Source: Perna viridis
Lineage: Eukaryota
Direction of reading: 5' to 3'
NCBI GenBank assembly: GCA_037379345.1
Contig: CM074518.1
Span: 42,807,586-42,871,585, forward strand
Length of the DNA: 64,000 nt
Part shown: positions 1 to 13,380 of the stretch, one piece after another
How positions within the stretch are numbered: the stretch's first letter is position 1
How the letters are laid out: every line of letters begins with the position of its first letter
The notes under the pieces: generated by a model
Databases searched by the model: none
Told to the model about the DNA's origin: nothing
The model's input: only the letters and a program-made list of their open reading frames with translations
Translations under genes and position numbers: made by a program

Positions 1-399
1 TTCCCTGAAAACGAATATGTTTGTTCTCTTCTCATAAGAGATCACCGCAATCAAGTGACGTCAAATTATCTCTTTCCTTTGTGTTTTAATATATCTATTT
101 CGCTGTCACTTTTAGGACGTTTCTGGTTGTACGAAAACGAGTTTAGACGAATACGCTTGGCTTCAACTCACACGGTAATTTCAATTCGCAAAGAATCGTT
201 TTCGGGACACTGGTGTTCTGTCAAAACGTTCAAAACTGACGTTTTCCTGTTTTTAGGGATGCCATATTAAATGTAATGTAACTTTGTAATTGGAATAATT
301 GCAGATATTTGCACCAGTTTCCTGAAATAAGAAATTATCAGGCAGTAGAAATAAGATGCCCATGAAATAGAAATAATACGCTATTGTTTCTCCTTCCAG

Positions 400-3229
400 C
401 TTCAAACATTGGTACAACTCCACGAGTCAATAGTGTAATAGGGGTACCTTTACCTAGCCCACGAATAATATCAAACGCCGTTCACAGAGGTGGGGTGTCT
501 CCACCAAGGAGTACTATCTTCAACGTTGCTCTGACTCATTTTGGGCAATTCATCGACCACGACATAATATCTACACCCATTCTTAGAGGTAATATAACGG
601 GAAACAGTTGTCATAATTAGATTAAAAGTGATTGCGTAAACCCTATGTCGTTTACCCTTTATCGCATGCCTTATATCACACCCCAAGGCCTATATCGTAT
701 ACCTTGTATCACCCCCTTGGACCTATATCGCATACCCCATATCGCACCCTAATAGTTGCACACTTGAAGTATAGTCAAACCCTATGATATAATGAATATG
801 ACATTCCAAAATCTGTATCACGCATGATATCAACCCTTGACCTACAGAACCCTGCGGGCCGGTGGGTCCCAAAAAGTACCAAAAGTACAATACTGCTGTT
901 TCCTTTTTACTGCAACACTGCAACTCTTTTTTTTTTGGACACAATTTTTGGTTCTTCTCCAAAGAACTTCAGATGAAGGATACTACAGACACTGTGAAGC
1001 CTCTTATATCTTAACCGATACTTAGAGATCGATGGTAAAGGAAAACTACTGATCTAACTATACGACAAACGCGATTACTGTTCATTCCGTATTTTCAACG
1101 TTTTCTTTTATCTGTGGCAACATCCATTCAGCACCTGCGTATAGAGTTTTCAAATCAAACCTCATGCATTATGCCAGAGCTTGTAGTAACTATGTAGACT
1201 TAGTTTTTTTTACAATTCGGCCTCTGGAACCGGGGTGCTACAGGATTGAAGTCATCACTACCGAAGTTTTATGGTCGTCATCTTGAAGTGAATAGTTACG
1301 GTATATCCATCGGCACCTTAAAAACTGATTTGTTCAACGTGTCAAGTTTTCCTTTCCTCTTCCATCTACTGTGAAAAAGCTGAGTACCCTTACTCTATCG
1401 GTGCACTTGGTTGTGTCATGCTCTCAGTGGAGTCTAAGTTGCTTTGTAACTTTGTACGTTTTAGTTTGTGTGTCTGTTTTCCATGTCTAGTTTTTCATTG
1501 GTTTGGTTCCCTTTTTTCACTCTTTGTATAATCTTCCCAAAAGGCGTCATACATGTTTAAGAAATTATTATGTAAAGCAACTTTATAAATTTAGATCACT
1601 ATTTTATCCTCAGCTGGATATCCTCCATTCATTTACAGAAATATTATATAAATAATATAACTTTTGCATATTAGACACGCTTTTACCTAGAGTATGGTAT
1701 TACACTGCAAGCGTCAAAATGTTTGCTTTTTCAGCGATTAACAATCTGGTGCGAAAAAAGTAACTGCATATTTGCATTTTAAAACAATATTTCAAAACCT
1801 CAAAATTTGGAACCATCGATAATATTTGACAATAATAAAGAGACTAAATTTGTGTAAACTTAACTTTGATGCAATAACTTATAATCGTCGGGGAGTATGT
1901 TAGAAAGTTATCGATAGCCTCTCACACCTTTAAGTATCTAAGCATTTTGAATTAGATTACAATGCGTTTTTATCGACGAATTATGTGTCTGAATAAATAG
2001 ACGATTAAAAGGCTATTTACCATAACATATTTTCGTTTGATGACTGTATAACCTCTAGATTAAGGGACTTATATGATAGCAAAGTCAACTGTAGTCATGT
2101 TCAAATCATATGAAACCAATTAAACTTGAATTTCAGGATGTTTGCTGCTCATGTTTAGTTATTTCTTTACCTTAGACTTACCTGTATGTGTTGGTTTTTT
2201 TTAATAGACAAAACCCGCTTATACAAATCCTATGGGAAAATCAAGTCAAATACTATTCAAAATTTTAAAAAGCTTACATCTAAAAAACGAGCGCACTTAT
2301 CCATCATTTTTTTTTTCATATATTGTTCTTTAGCGTGCAAGATCGCACGTGATTGCACAACCATTTGAAATCTTGTTATTCTTAAACACAGCAGCGAACA
2401 TCCTTAAGAAACACGTTTAGTCCAATGATCGCTTATCAAAGTTTACTTAAAGTGCAAAATTTAATGATGATGCATTGTAGCACAACGTAATTTGTTAATC
2501 AAAGTATGCGTCTTATGACCATAAAAGTACTTTCTGAAGTGTTTTGTCATACAATTTGTCAACCGTGTTTACCGGTACATCAAGATCAAACGGTCTACAT
2601 GTTTTTATAGCAAATTTAGTGTAATCTGGTACTAAATTTAATTTCGGTACATTGTAAGATATTAGCAACTTTATCCAAAATTATGTTTCCTTTTATAAAT
2701 TTCCCAATTTAAATTGCCACGAAGCAACATCCGACAAAAGTAAAAATCCAAGGCTCTTAGACATTAAATGATTAGAGTCGATTTTCATAAAAAATGACAT
2801 CATATGATATTTCTAAAATCTTATCTAGACTCAATTTTCGACCGATCAAAACACTTAGATTTCAGATTTGAAGAAATTAGAAATTATTCGAGCAAATATC
2901 TCAATGTTTTATAAGCCAATTTAGTCGTAATGTGACCATGAATCTTTGTGTGAAAATAGTTAATATTGCTCATTGTTTCCTATGTTTTTCTTAATTAGAC
3001 CTCTTGGTAACTCCACCTTGAGATAGAGTGTCAATGAGCTACATGTATGTAGCAAGACTCTCATCTACTTTTACTCGCATTTACATTGTGCAAGTGGCAA
3101 AGGAATGCGTGTGTATTTATACCGAGCATTAAATACCACTTCTGTTTGTTTGTTTGTTTGCTTGCTTATTTTTTGTTGTTGTTGTGTGTTCATTCTTTTG
3201 TTGTTGTTTGTTTTTGTGTTTGCTTTTTG

Positions 3230-3260
<31 letters not shown>

Positions 3261-6200
3261 GTTTTTTTTGTTTTGTTTTGAATGTAGATCGTTCTTTTTT
3301 TTAGGTTAACGTTTACATCATGGCTGTAATGTCTTTGAATTGTCCTTCTTTTTTGTCGGTATTTTTACCGATAGTAAGAGAATCGCGCTTTAACTCTGAA
3401 TGGAAAAAATAGTATTTGTTGATTTATTATTTATTTCTACATTGTACTCTATATAAATACAGGTGAGAATTTTGCGGCTATGCTTTACAGTAGAGAGAAA
3501 ATCATTATAAAACTGTGTGTAATGGTGTGTAACTGTGGAATACCGGGAAAAGTTCTGCTGAGCATTGAGCTCATTGCTTTTATCACTCAAGCTTTTTTCT
3601 TGTGTTTTAACTTTTTCAATGATTCAAAAAAACTCTTACTTAAGTTAATTATAATAAGTTTTGTAAAAACAAGTTTTCAAAACTCAATCGGTAAAGTCAG
3701 CAAAATATATAGACCAGATTAAATAATAGAATAAATTACATAACTGTACACATAACAAAACTTAACATTAAAGATTAATGATTGGTTTTCCTAAATCTCG
3801 CTGTAGTGTAGAACAACTAATGATATATCAATGGGTTTTTTTGTTTTTTCAGATGGTAATGAAGAAATACGATGCTGTACCGGTGCAGGTGTGCCAGTTT
3901 TAAGGTAGAACGAAAAAGGCTGATATAAGCATGTCTTTTCAGTATAAAAAGTGGGCAGGTGTACCTTTTTTTAAATATAGTAGGCTCGGAACCCCTATCT
4001 GTGAACCAAGTTGTACCAGATTTTTTATTTATATAATGGTAAGAACCTCCTGATGCCAAAGATACTTAGTCATATTTATGACAATTAAATATCTCTATGA
4101 CGGTTCCATGGAAAGAGTAAGTAGAACTAGACTGTTTATTGTTAATTTATAAGACATATTTGCATCCATTGAAGAACTATTCTAATTCTGATATGTAACT
4201 AATGAATTAATTGTCGAATATTGAATGAAAAAAACATGAATATAGAGATAGAACTCTAGCTTTCTCAGAATTGCGACGACTAAATAGCGTTTTCCAACTA
4301 TAGAACAAATATAAATATATATCTGATTTTTTAAATACATGTATATATCTGTTGTTATACTGTTTTGGCCATTCATTTCTGGCGCAGTATTTTTAAACAC
4401 TGTTTTAAAAGTACAAGTACATTATTGACGTAGGAAATGTATATTCACTAATACTGACAATGTTTTAGACCAGAATGCTTTTCATTTTTCACACCACCCG
4501 GAGATTTCCAAACAACGTGCATGCACTTTGTTCGATCGGACTTTGGTCCAGAACCAGGATGTCCTCCAGGTATTTTATCAATTCTGTATACATAGTTAGG
4601 CCTGCATTTATCAAAACCTAGCATTGTCAGATTAGTGTTTTTTTTTCACCGTGGTAATACAAATTGCTTCAAGAAATGCTAGAAATAATTCAGTACGAAT
4701 TGCATTTCATAATGCCAAAAGAAATGAAATACGGACATTTAATGTGATCCTGAATGCCTCGGTTGCCTCGCGTAAACGTGCCACAATCTTATAAGTATTC
4801 CATACTGAACTTCGGCTATTTTGATTCAAAACATTGGATTTTACATTTTTTTGTCGCCGATGGGTGACTTACTGTAACTAGCAATTCCATTGTGAGACAT
4901 GTAGGTAATATGACACTAAACGGAACCATGTAATACGTTTGAGTACAAGTTACCTTTGATATCCACATAAGTTTTTTTTGTAGAAAATACAAACTGTCAG
5001 TGTGTATCATTTGTATGATATGCTTCATAAAATCAAAATAGGAACTGGAAGCAGAAAGAGTAATCAATGGAACCAAGGTTATAGCGGTAATCAAAAGAAT
5101 GTAATCCAGGGACAAAGACCAGACATGGAAAACAGGCATACACAACAAAGAACATAAAGTAGCTAAAATCATACATACAAGGTAACAAAAGGAATTGAGC
5201 AACTTGGACTCCACTAAAAACTGGGAGCTTGGACCAGGTGCAGCGGTAGGGAAAGCATTACGATCTTGACGCATTACGTATCTTATCATATATATATGTA
5301 TTGTTTCATTAATTTCAGGACCTAGGAATCAGATAAATCAGAGAACGTCCTTCCTGGATCTATCTGTAACCTATGGCAATACACGTGACGGGCAAAATGA
5401 TCTCCGTGAATTTAATACAGGTGTGTATAATTGTTTGTAATTGACAGTCCTCCCAAAAAAAACTGAAATGTGTAATGTAATATTCATGCTCAGGAATTTT
5501 AGAAGAGAACTTTCATAAAATTTGAAAGCTGTGTATAGGAAAATTGGTATTCTAATTGATATTTTAAAGTTGCATTATTTTTAAATATCTATGTCAATTT
5601 ATATAATTTCAATATTGTAATAAATGAAATTAATCCGTCCACATACATTATCAAGAGTTATGAACACAAATGTAACTCACACTTTGATGATTCGTTGCCT
5701 TAACTCGACCAGACTGTTTTATGGTACAATTCTTGTACTTTCAGGTCGTCTTTTGGAAGGCCCAGGCCGAATTCTACCAGAGGGTCCTAGTGGTTCTGAA
5801 TGTGTAGGACCATCCCCTTGTTTCAAAGCCGGTAAAAAATGTTTGATAATTCAAAAATATACTAAATGTTCGAAGTCTCAGCAATGATGTGTGTTTGTTC
5901 GTAGTTTGAACGATGGTCAATAACCTTAATTACTTGCTAATCGTTACATGTTGTGTAAAACCTTTATCTAAATATAACAGTACTACTACAGTTCGTATAA
6001 ACAGATTGTTGTCTTTGCATGCGCTTGAGGTTGGGAAGCGGAAACGGTACAATTAACACTTAAGAAAGTTTATTGTAGTTTATAAACAAACCTCATTTTG
6101 CCTACGATCCTGTTTTTCATATTTATAGTAACGTTCATTTCTCGGTTTAACTATAATGTGGATGCAATTCAGTAGAAATAATCACGAACACGATAAGCTA

Positions 6201-9200
6201 TCATATCATTGTGATACAAAACAGTTTGTTTGTTTGTCTATGCATTCTGAAGCCAGTAAGACTCAACTATACATCACAAAATTACATCATACATTTTTTC
6301 TAACGAATACTCGTTTTCTGTAATAGGAGACAACAGACCTGCTGAAATTCCGATGTTGACCGTGATGCATATAGTATTTTTAAGAGAACATAATGACATT
6401 GTCGATGGATTGAGGAGTATGAACCCTTCATGGGATGACGAGCGTTTGTATCAAGTTGCGAAAAAGATACTAACGGGAATATATCAGCATATAATATATA
6501 CAGAGTTCTTGCCGATTATCATAGGTCAACAAGGCATGGATATATTTGGATTAAGAAGTACTCCAGTTGGTCACAGTAATAGCTACAACCCAACAGCTAA
6601 TCCCGCGACCCGTAACGCCTTTGGAGCTGCAGCTTATAGATTCGGCCATTCTCTAGTTGGTTCATTTGTTGCAGCATACAATATAGATTTAACTCCAAGG
6701 GCAACTGATCTCTTAGAAAACAATTTCTTCCGGACCGATGCTATTAGAAATCCAGCTTTATTTGGGGCAGATGGTATTGGACGCTGGATGACGTCGCAAC
6801 TCAAGAGTAGGGCTGACCGATTCCTTACGCCATCTGTTAGAGATAGACTATTTCAGACAGCGCCTGGTAATGGATTTGACTTAAGTGCATTGAATATTCA
6901 ACGTGGTAGGGACCACGGCATTCCCTCGTATAACCGTTGGAGGCAGTTTTGTGGACTTCCACCTGCTCTTCACTTTGGAACCGGACCTTTGGGATTAATC
7001 AATCATGATCCATCTGCTGCCGCTGCTTTGGGCTCAGTTTACAGGTATAATATGTTGTATTGAGTTTCTTCTTGTATATACAATTAATGTACTGTACAAA
7101 ATGTATAAGTAAGCTGAAATTTTCTTTTATCCATTGCGACACAGGGCCTATGTCTGAAGTTTTGGATTCAATAGGACAATCTTGTTGCTTTAATAACTTG
7201 TGGATATGGAAAATGACATCAAGATGTCGCTGAGATACACAATCACCAAATTACAGAATCGCCATCGTTACAAAAAATGTAGGCATTTTGACAAAATTAC
7301 TACCGATCTGTGTAACAAAACTGAAGTGTAAATTAATGTATTTGTTTTTTGTTCAGTCAATATGTATTTGACATTTTTTTAGTCATCCAAATGATATCGA
7401 TCTCTATGCTGGGGCTCTATCGGAAAGACCAGCTCCAGGGGCGCTCGTTGGTCCAATATTCAGATGTATCATTGGGCTTCAATTCAGATTGTATAAGATT
7501 GGTGATCGATTCTTCTATGAAAACAACTTTGTTCCTACTGGTTTCACGACGGGTGAGTTCATTTTCAGGATGTTTCTGTATTTTTTTTAAAAAGATTTCC
7601 TAGACTATTTCAGCTCTTTTTGCTAGTCAGATCCCAAGTAGTCCCACAGAAACACTTGTTTACATAATCTGTCGTCAGGCATTTTCATAAGTCTATTCCA
7701 GTATCTAACCATATGTTGAAAATGTCTATGTCGTGATGGTAACCAACCCATATCTCCGATTATTGCCGATTTAGGTGCGAACTTGTGTACTCCTAAGAAG
7801 TATCTGATTGCTTTATTTTGAACATTGTCAATACAGTTGAAACCTTTAAATCCCCATATAGCAGCATTATAGTCAATAATCGGAGCCACACATGAGTAGA
7901 ACAGTTTTTGAAAAGTACTAACTCCACAGTCCTTTAGCCCGTGCACTTTTGAGATTAGGGCCCCGAGGGCACGACCTCCAGCCTTAGCAAGATTATCGGC
8001 ATTTGACTCGAATGTTTTCTTTTCATGAAATATCACGCCTAGATACTTATATTGTTCTGTTATTTGTAGCATATTATCACCAATTTTAAACTGGAAGGAT
8101 GTTCTTGGTCTTCGTCCCGATCGAAAATGAACGACTTTAGATTTGTCCGTGTTAATGAGAACTCGCCACTTTTTACACCAGTTGTAAAGAGTATTCAGCA
8201 TAAGCTGCATGTCATTCTCGTTAGTCGCAAACATAACTATGTCGTCGGCATACAATAACAGTGAAAGTTTTTTTGAATGGATATCGATACCCAACTCTAG
8301 GTTATTTATTTCCTGAACCAAGTCATTTATGAATATCGAGAATAGAGTCGGGGACAAATTATCACCTTGCTTAACTCCTGAATAGCACGTGAACCAGTCT
8401 GTCATAGTATTGTTTATTCGTATGCTTGCTGAAGTCAATGAATATATACTTTTCACAGAGTTATAAAGTTTACCATCGATATTCTTTAAGAGTAATTTAT
8501 AAAGGAGCATATCACGGTCTACGAAATCGAACGCTTTCTTCAGGTCTACGAAAGTTGCTATTATATTTTGGTTATTTCGAATTATACTGTTCAGTGTAAA
8601 AACATGGTCCTCACATGATCTTTGTCGGCGGAATCCATTTTGCTCGTCTGCAAGTAAATCATTATCCTCTAAATAGGAAGTTAGACGATTGTTCATAAAA
8701 GAGCTAAACAGTTTAGATATACATGACTGTAGACACACTCCTCTATAATTCAATGGTTCTCGCTTATCGGAGGACATGTCTTTCAGGATGGGAAACAATA
8801 TTGCCTTTCTCCATAAAGATGGTATCAAACTTGTATCAAATATCCATTGAAAAAGAGATAGTAGAATTGGTAAGATGTTCGGCGATTTAAGAACTTCGTA
8901 TGGTATTTTATCCAAACCAGTAGCTTTTCCATTTTTCGTGGCTTTAATCACTACAGAGACCTCTTCAATAGTAATATTGGAATTTAATTCTTCGTTACAT
9001 TGATATAACGGATCTAACATGTTGTTTTCTAGTAGATTTTTATGCTGTAGCGATTGTCTATAAAATTCATTATCAAAATCCTGATTTGCATTAGTGTTGT
9101 TGTACATTTTTTCAAATTCGGATTTCCATTTTTCGCAAACTTCATTTTCGTCATTAAGAATATTTCGTTCATCGTCATAAACTTCCATGGGTATTTCGGA

Positions 9201-12200
9201 TTGTTTTCGTGGTCCCATATTACGTATTTTAGCCCAGAATTCGTTAGGGTTTTTTGTTGTCATTGTTTCAAGTTCCTCACAGAACGCATTTCGGTGCCGT
9301 CTTTCATAAAATCTCAATCTACGATCAAATAGTTTTTGTGCACTTTGGAATTGGAGCCGTTTTAATCGTTTCGAATTTGTATTTCCCGTACATTTTAAGA
9401 ATGATCGCTCTTTAAAGTGCATGTCTTTCCAAAGAGTCGATAGTTCTTCATTCCAGTATGGTTTATGATTTCGGAAACGTTTTTTCGTTTTGTTACTTGG
9501 TGCAAAGCAAGGAATTGTATCATCCATCTCCTTTAAGATAGTATCGCACAAATCCGTATATATTCCATCTATGTTGCTTTGTGTTTCACGGGTCCGTTCA
9601 ATACGTGTTATAAGTGTTTGTATTGCTTGTTTCGATATATCAGAGGCGAAAAAATCGTTCGGAATCACCTTCAGTTTATATCGTTTTTTGAAAGCACTTC
9701 CTGATTTTTTACTTATACTATCGACATTAATTTGTGCGTTCAGTTTAGTTTCTAGTACAGAATGATCCGGGACTTTCGAGCGGTCATTTAGGTATCCAAA
9801 TAAGTCGTATTTTTCAACTATCGATCGTATGGTGCAAACCTCGAACGAAATGAATGTCTGTAAAGCTTCATGTGGAACGCATATATAATCGACAACTGAC
9901 TTTCCTTTTCCCGATATGCACGTATAATTGTTTTTTGAATTATCATATCTTCCATTTAGAACGCACGTTTTAGATTCGTTCAAAAAGTCTATAAAGGCAT
10001 GTCCATGTTGATTAATTGCTTTATCAATGCACGACCTTTCCGGTACAGAATCAAACTCTGAAACGTCGCTTAAGGATCCAATGCGCGCATTCAAGTCTCC
10101 GCATATAATATGAGCGTCACAGTCGTTATAAGAGTACATGATTGACAGGATATGCGCAAAGAAACTTTGTGAATCTCGTCCCCAAACTGAATTTTCCGGC
10201 GGTAGATAACAAGATATCACGGTGAAACTGAGGTCGGTACTTTTGGAAGTAAATTTTACACATAGAATACCATCGTATGTAGCGTCTATTATTTCCGAAG
10301 TATATTCCTGATTAATCCAATGTTTGACGAAAAGTCCGACACCCCCAGACCCTTTCGGTGCGTTTCTGTGAATTTCTTTTCTATTCGATCCTATCCATTT
10401 ATAATTTTCTATCTCTAGTTTATCATCATTTTTCAAGTGCGTTTCGCATATACTGAATATATCGGCATCTACATTTTTAACAATCTGCTTTCGTAATAAA
10501 GAGTTATTTTCAGTCCAACCACAAACATTTAGCTGAGCTATGCTAATAGTCCAGTTGCACCGGCCGTGTACCTATTCCGAATCGTTTTGAATATCGTTTG
10601 CCTCCATCGGTACGTTTTCATTTTTCTTAAGAATGCGTCCGCTTCCCGTTATTCTGTACGAATTTCCGTGTGGTAATTCTTTCAATATTGTTCTCGCATT
10701 TGTTTCAAGAAGTCTCTCCATGCGTGATTTCGCGCCCTGGATAAACACCCGTTTATATTCATCAACTTCTTTGAGTTTATATTTATTTCGGAGAACGAGT
10801 ACTTTTTGATCTGAGTTTTCGAAACTGACTTTTATCAATGCCGGTTTGTCACGAAATCGCTTTCGTAGTCTAGCTGCTGCTACAATTTTCACGTCATTTG
10901 ATATATCTTCACCGATACTATTTATAATGTTATTTGCTTTTTCGGTTATATCTTCATCGTCAGAATATGGAACATTTTTAACTATAACGGTGATTTCATT
11001 GTCATTCAGTGGATCTGGCCTACGTGGATTGCCGTGAGCATTTTGTGTATTCGCTTGACCGTTATTGCCTAATCCATGTTCATCGACCGGTACATTGTCA
11101 ACAATACCCTGTATAGTATCAATACGTGTAGTGAGTGTTTCTAAAGATTTAGCGAGGGTGTCCATGCGTGACGATTCACGGGCCATATCAATGTCTATGT
11201 CAGTTTTTAGAGCTTTTATTTTATCATCAATAGTTGATAGGACATCTTTTCTTAGTTTGTCAATTTTTGATTCAACCATCTTTTTCATACTATCTTGTCC
11301 ATCTTTTATTTCTTTAACACTTTTGGCAATAGAAAGTACTGAGTCTTTTAATTCATTGAAATCGGACAATTCACAGGTAGCCATTTTACTTTGTTTACGT
11401 TCGGGTTTGGGGGTCTCACCTTCAGAACTTCGCTGTCTTTTGTTAAATTCGTTCGTTGAGTCCGTCATACTCCAGAAACATATGAAATATTCATAGTGTC
11501 AACATCACTTCAAATTTCTAATGTTTTTAAGCACTTAAAGTTCATTTTTTCACTAGTATTTACGCTGCTCGTGTTATTGTGTACCTTTCCACGGTATCTA
11601 TATAAGGGCCTGAAAAATTCCCAACGATGTTAGAACTGTCAAATTTGCGAAGCAAATTTTTTTGGTCGTTCCCTCCGACTCGAACTCGTACCGCTGTGAC
11701 ATCTATGGCAACACCGCCTGCACTACGTCCAGCGCCCTAGACCACTCGACCAGCTAGGCTATATAAAGATATAGCTTTCGCTGGCCGGGTCATACCTCCT
11801 CGTAGGATTATTCTAGGGCTGTAACTTAGTACACGATGCATGTTGGGAACAGTTCATCTAGGTGTTATTATGTAGGATAGAGGATCAAATTAATGATGCA
11901 TGTCACAACAAATCAATATTATACACCGTCGCAGAATGTGACGACTCTATTCTATAAGTTAACGTTATCTTCCCTGTATCAATTTGATCCGATGGAGCAG
12001 TGTAGCGAATAGAGTCGTCACATTCTGAGACGTTGTATAATATTGATTTGTTGTGCCATGCATCATTAATTTGATCCTCTGTCCTACATAAAAACACCTA
12101 AATGAACTGTCCCGTACTACCATACATCGTGTACTAAGTTACAGCCCTAGATTAATCCTACGAGGAGGAATGACCCGGCCAGCGAAAGCTAAATCTTTAT

Positions 12201-13380
12201 GTAGCCTAGCTGGTCGAGTGGTCTAGGGCGCTGGACTTAGTGCAGGCGGTGTTGCCATAAATGTCACAGCGGTACGAGTTCCAGTCCCGCGGAGAGAACG
12301 ACCAAAAAATTTGCTTCGCAAATTTGACAGTTCTAACATGGTTGGGAATTTGTCAGGCTCTTCTTTAAGTTAACGTTATCTTACCTATATCTATTTGATC
12401 CCATGGAACAGTCTAGCGAATAGAGTCGTCACATTCTGAGACGTTGTGTATATGTGACGACTCTATTCGCTACACTGCTCTATCGGGTCAAATTGATACA
12501 GGGAAGATATGTAAACGTATAGAAAGGTCTGAAAAATTCCAATTACATAATAACATCTAAATGAACTGTCCCGTACTACCATACATCGTGTACTAAGTTA
12601 CAGTCCTAGATTAATCCTACGAGGAATGACCCGGCCAGCGAAAGCTATATTTTAATATAGCCTAGCTGGCCGAGTGGTCTAGGGCGCTGGACTTTGTGCA
12701 GGCAGTGTTGCCATAGATGTCACAGCGACACGAGTTCGAGTCCCGCGGAGGGAACGACCAAAAATTTGCATCGCAAATTTGACAGTTCTAACATGGTTGG
12801 GAATTTTTCAGACCTTTCTATACGTTTACATATCTTTCCTGTATCACTTTGATCCGATGGAGCAGTGTAGCGAATAGAGTCGTCACATTCTGAGACGGTG
12901 TATAATATTGATTTGTTGTGACATGCATCATTAATTTGATCCTCTATCCTACATAATAACATCTAAATGAACTGTCCTGTACTACCATACATCGTGTACT
13001 AAGTTACAGCCCTAGATTAATCCTACGAGGAGGAATGACCCGGCCAGCGAAAGCTATATTTTAATATAGCCTAGCTGGCCGAGTGGTCTAGGGCGCTGGA
13101 CTTAGTGCGGGCGATGTTGCCATAGATGTCACAGCGATACAAGTTCGAGTCCCGCGGAGGGAACGACCAAACATTTGCACAAATTTGACAGTTCTAACAT
13201 CGTTGGGAATTTTTCAGACCTTTCTATACGTTTACATATCTTCCCTGTATCAATTTGATCCGATGGAGCAGTTCCAACATCGTTGGGAATTTTTCAGACC
13301 TTTCTATACGTTTACATATCTTCCCTGTATCAATTTGATCCGATGGAGCAGTTCCTACATCGTTGGGAATTTTCGGACCT

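Larger units (their letters stand above)
7623..11600 (-). mobile_element. Non-LTR retrotransposon (APE-type LINE, CR1/L2-group-like), antisense in a Px1 intron; both ORFs open
   Basis: ORF1 and ORF2 as listed below. The 5' boundary near 11600 is approximate. No TSD or 3' tail identified. Confidence 0.92.

Noticed and set aside
4816-5289. Recurrent hydrophobic ORFs (..VFHVWSLSLDYILLITAITLVPLITL..; also 32742, 36857, 40884, 49642) as a membrane-protein family
   Set aside because: They are chance translations of the T-rich 3' UTR of the Penelope-like repeat, with inconsistent starts and frames.
9054-11496. Plus-strand ORFs overlapping the LINE (9054, 9490, 10846, 11065)
   Set aside because: Antisense shadows of ORF1/ORF2 with no recognisable motifs.
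12017-12057. TRIM/LTR interpretation of the 410-bp unit (TGTGAC...GTCACA termini with a 29-bp spacer)
   Set aside because: The spacer has no primer-binding site (TGG..) or polypurine tract on either strand, and the array and solo-copy ends do not coincide with these termini.
12204-12295. Functional tRNA-Leu gene, or an amber suppressor serving the adjacent LINE's UAG
   Set aside because: Acceptor and anticodon stems do not close, the sequence sits inside a repeat, and the anticodon-position triplet is UAG (reads CUA), not the CUA needed for amber suppression.
13036-13075. Hammerhead in the repeat unit (GAAA followed by a stem)
   Set aside because: No upstream CUGANGA and no U at the 16.1 position.
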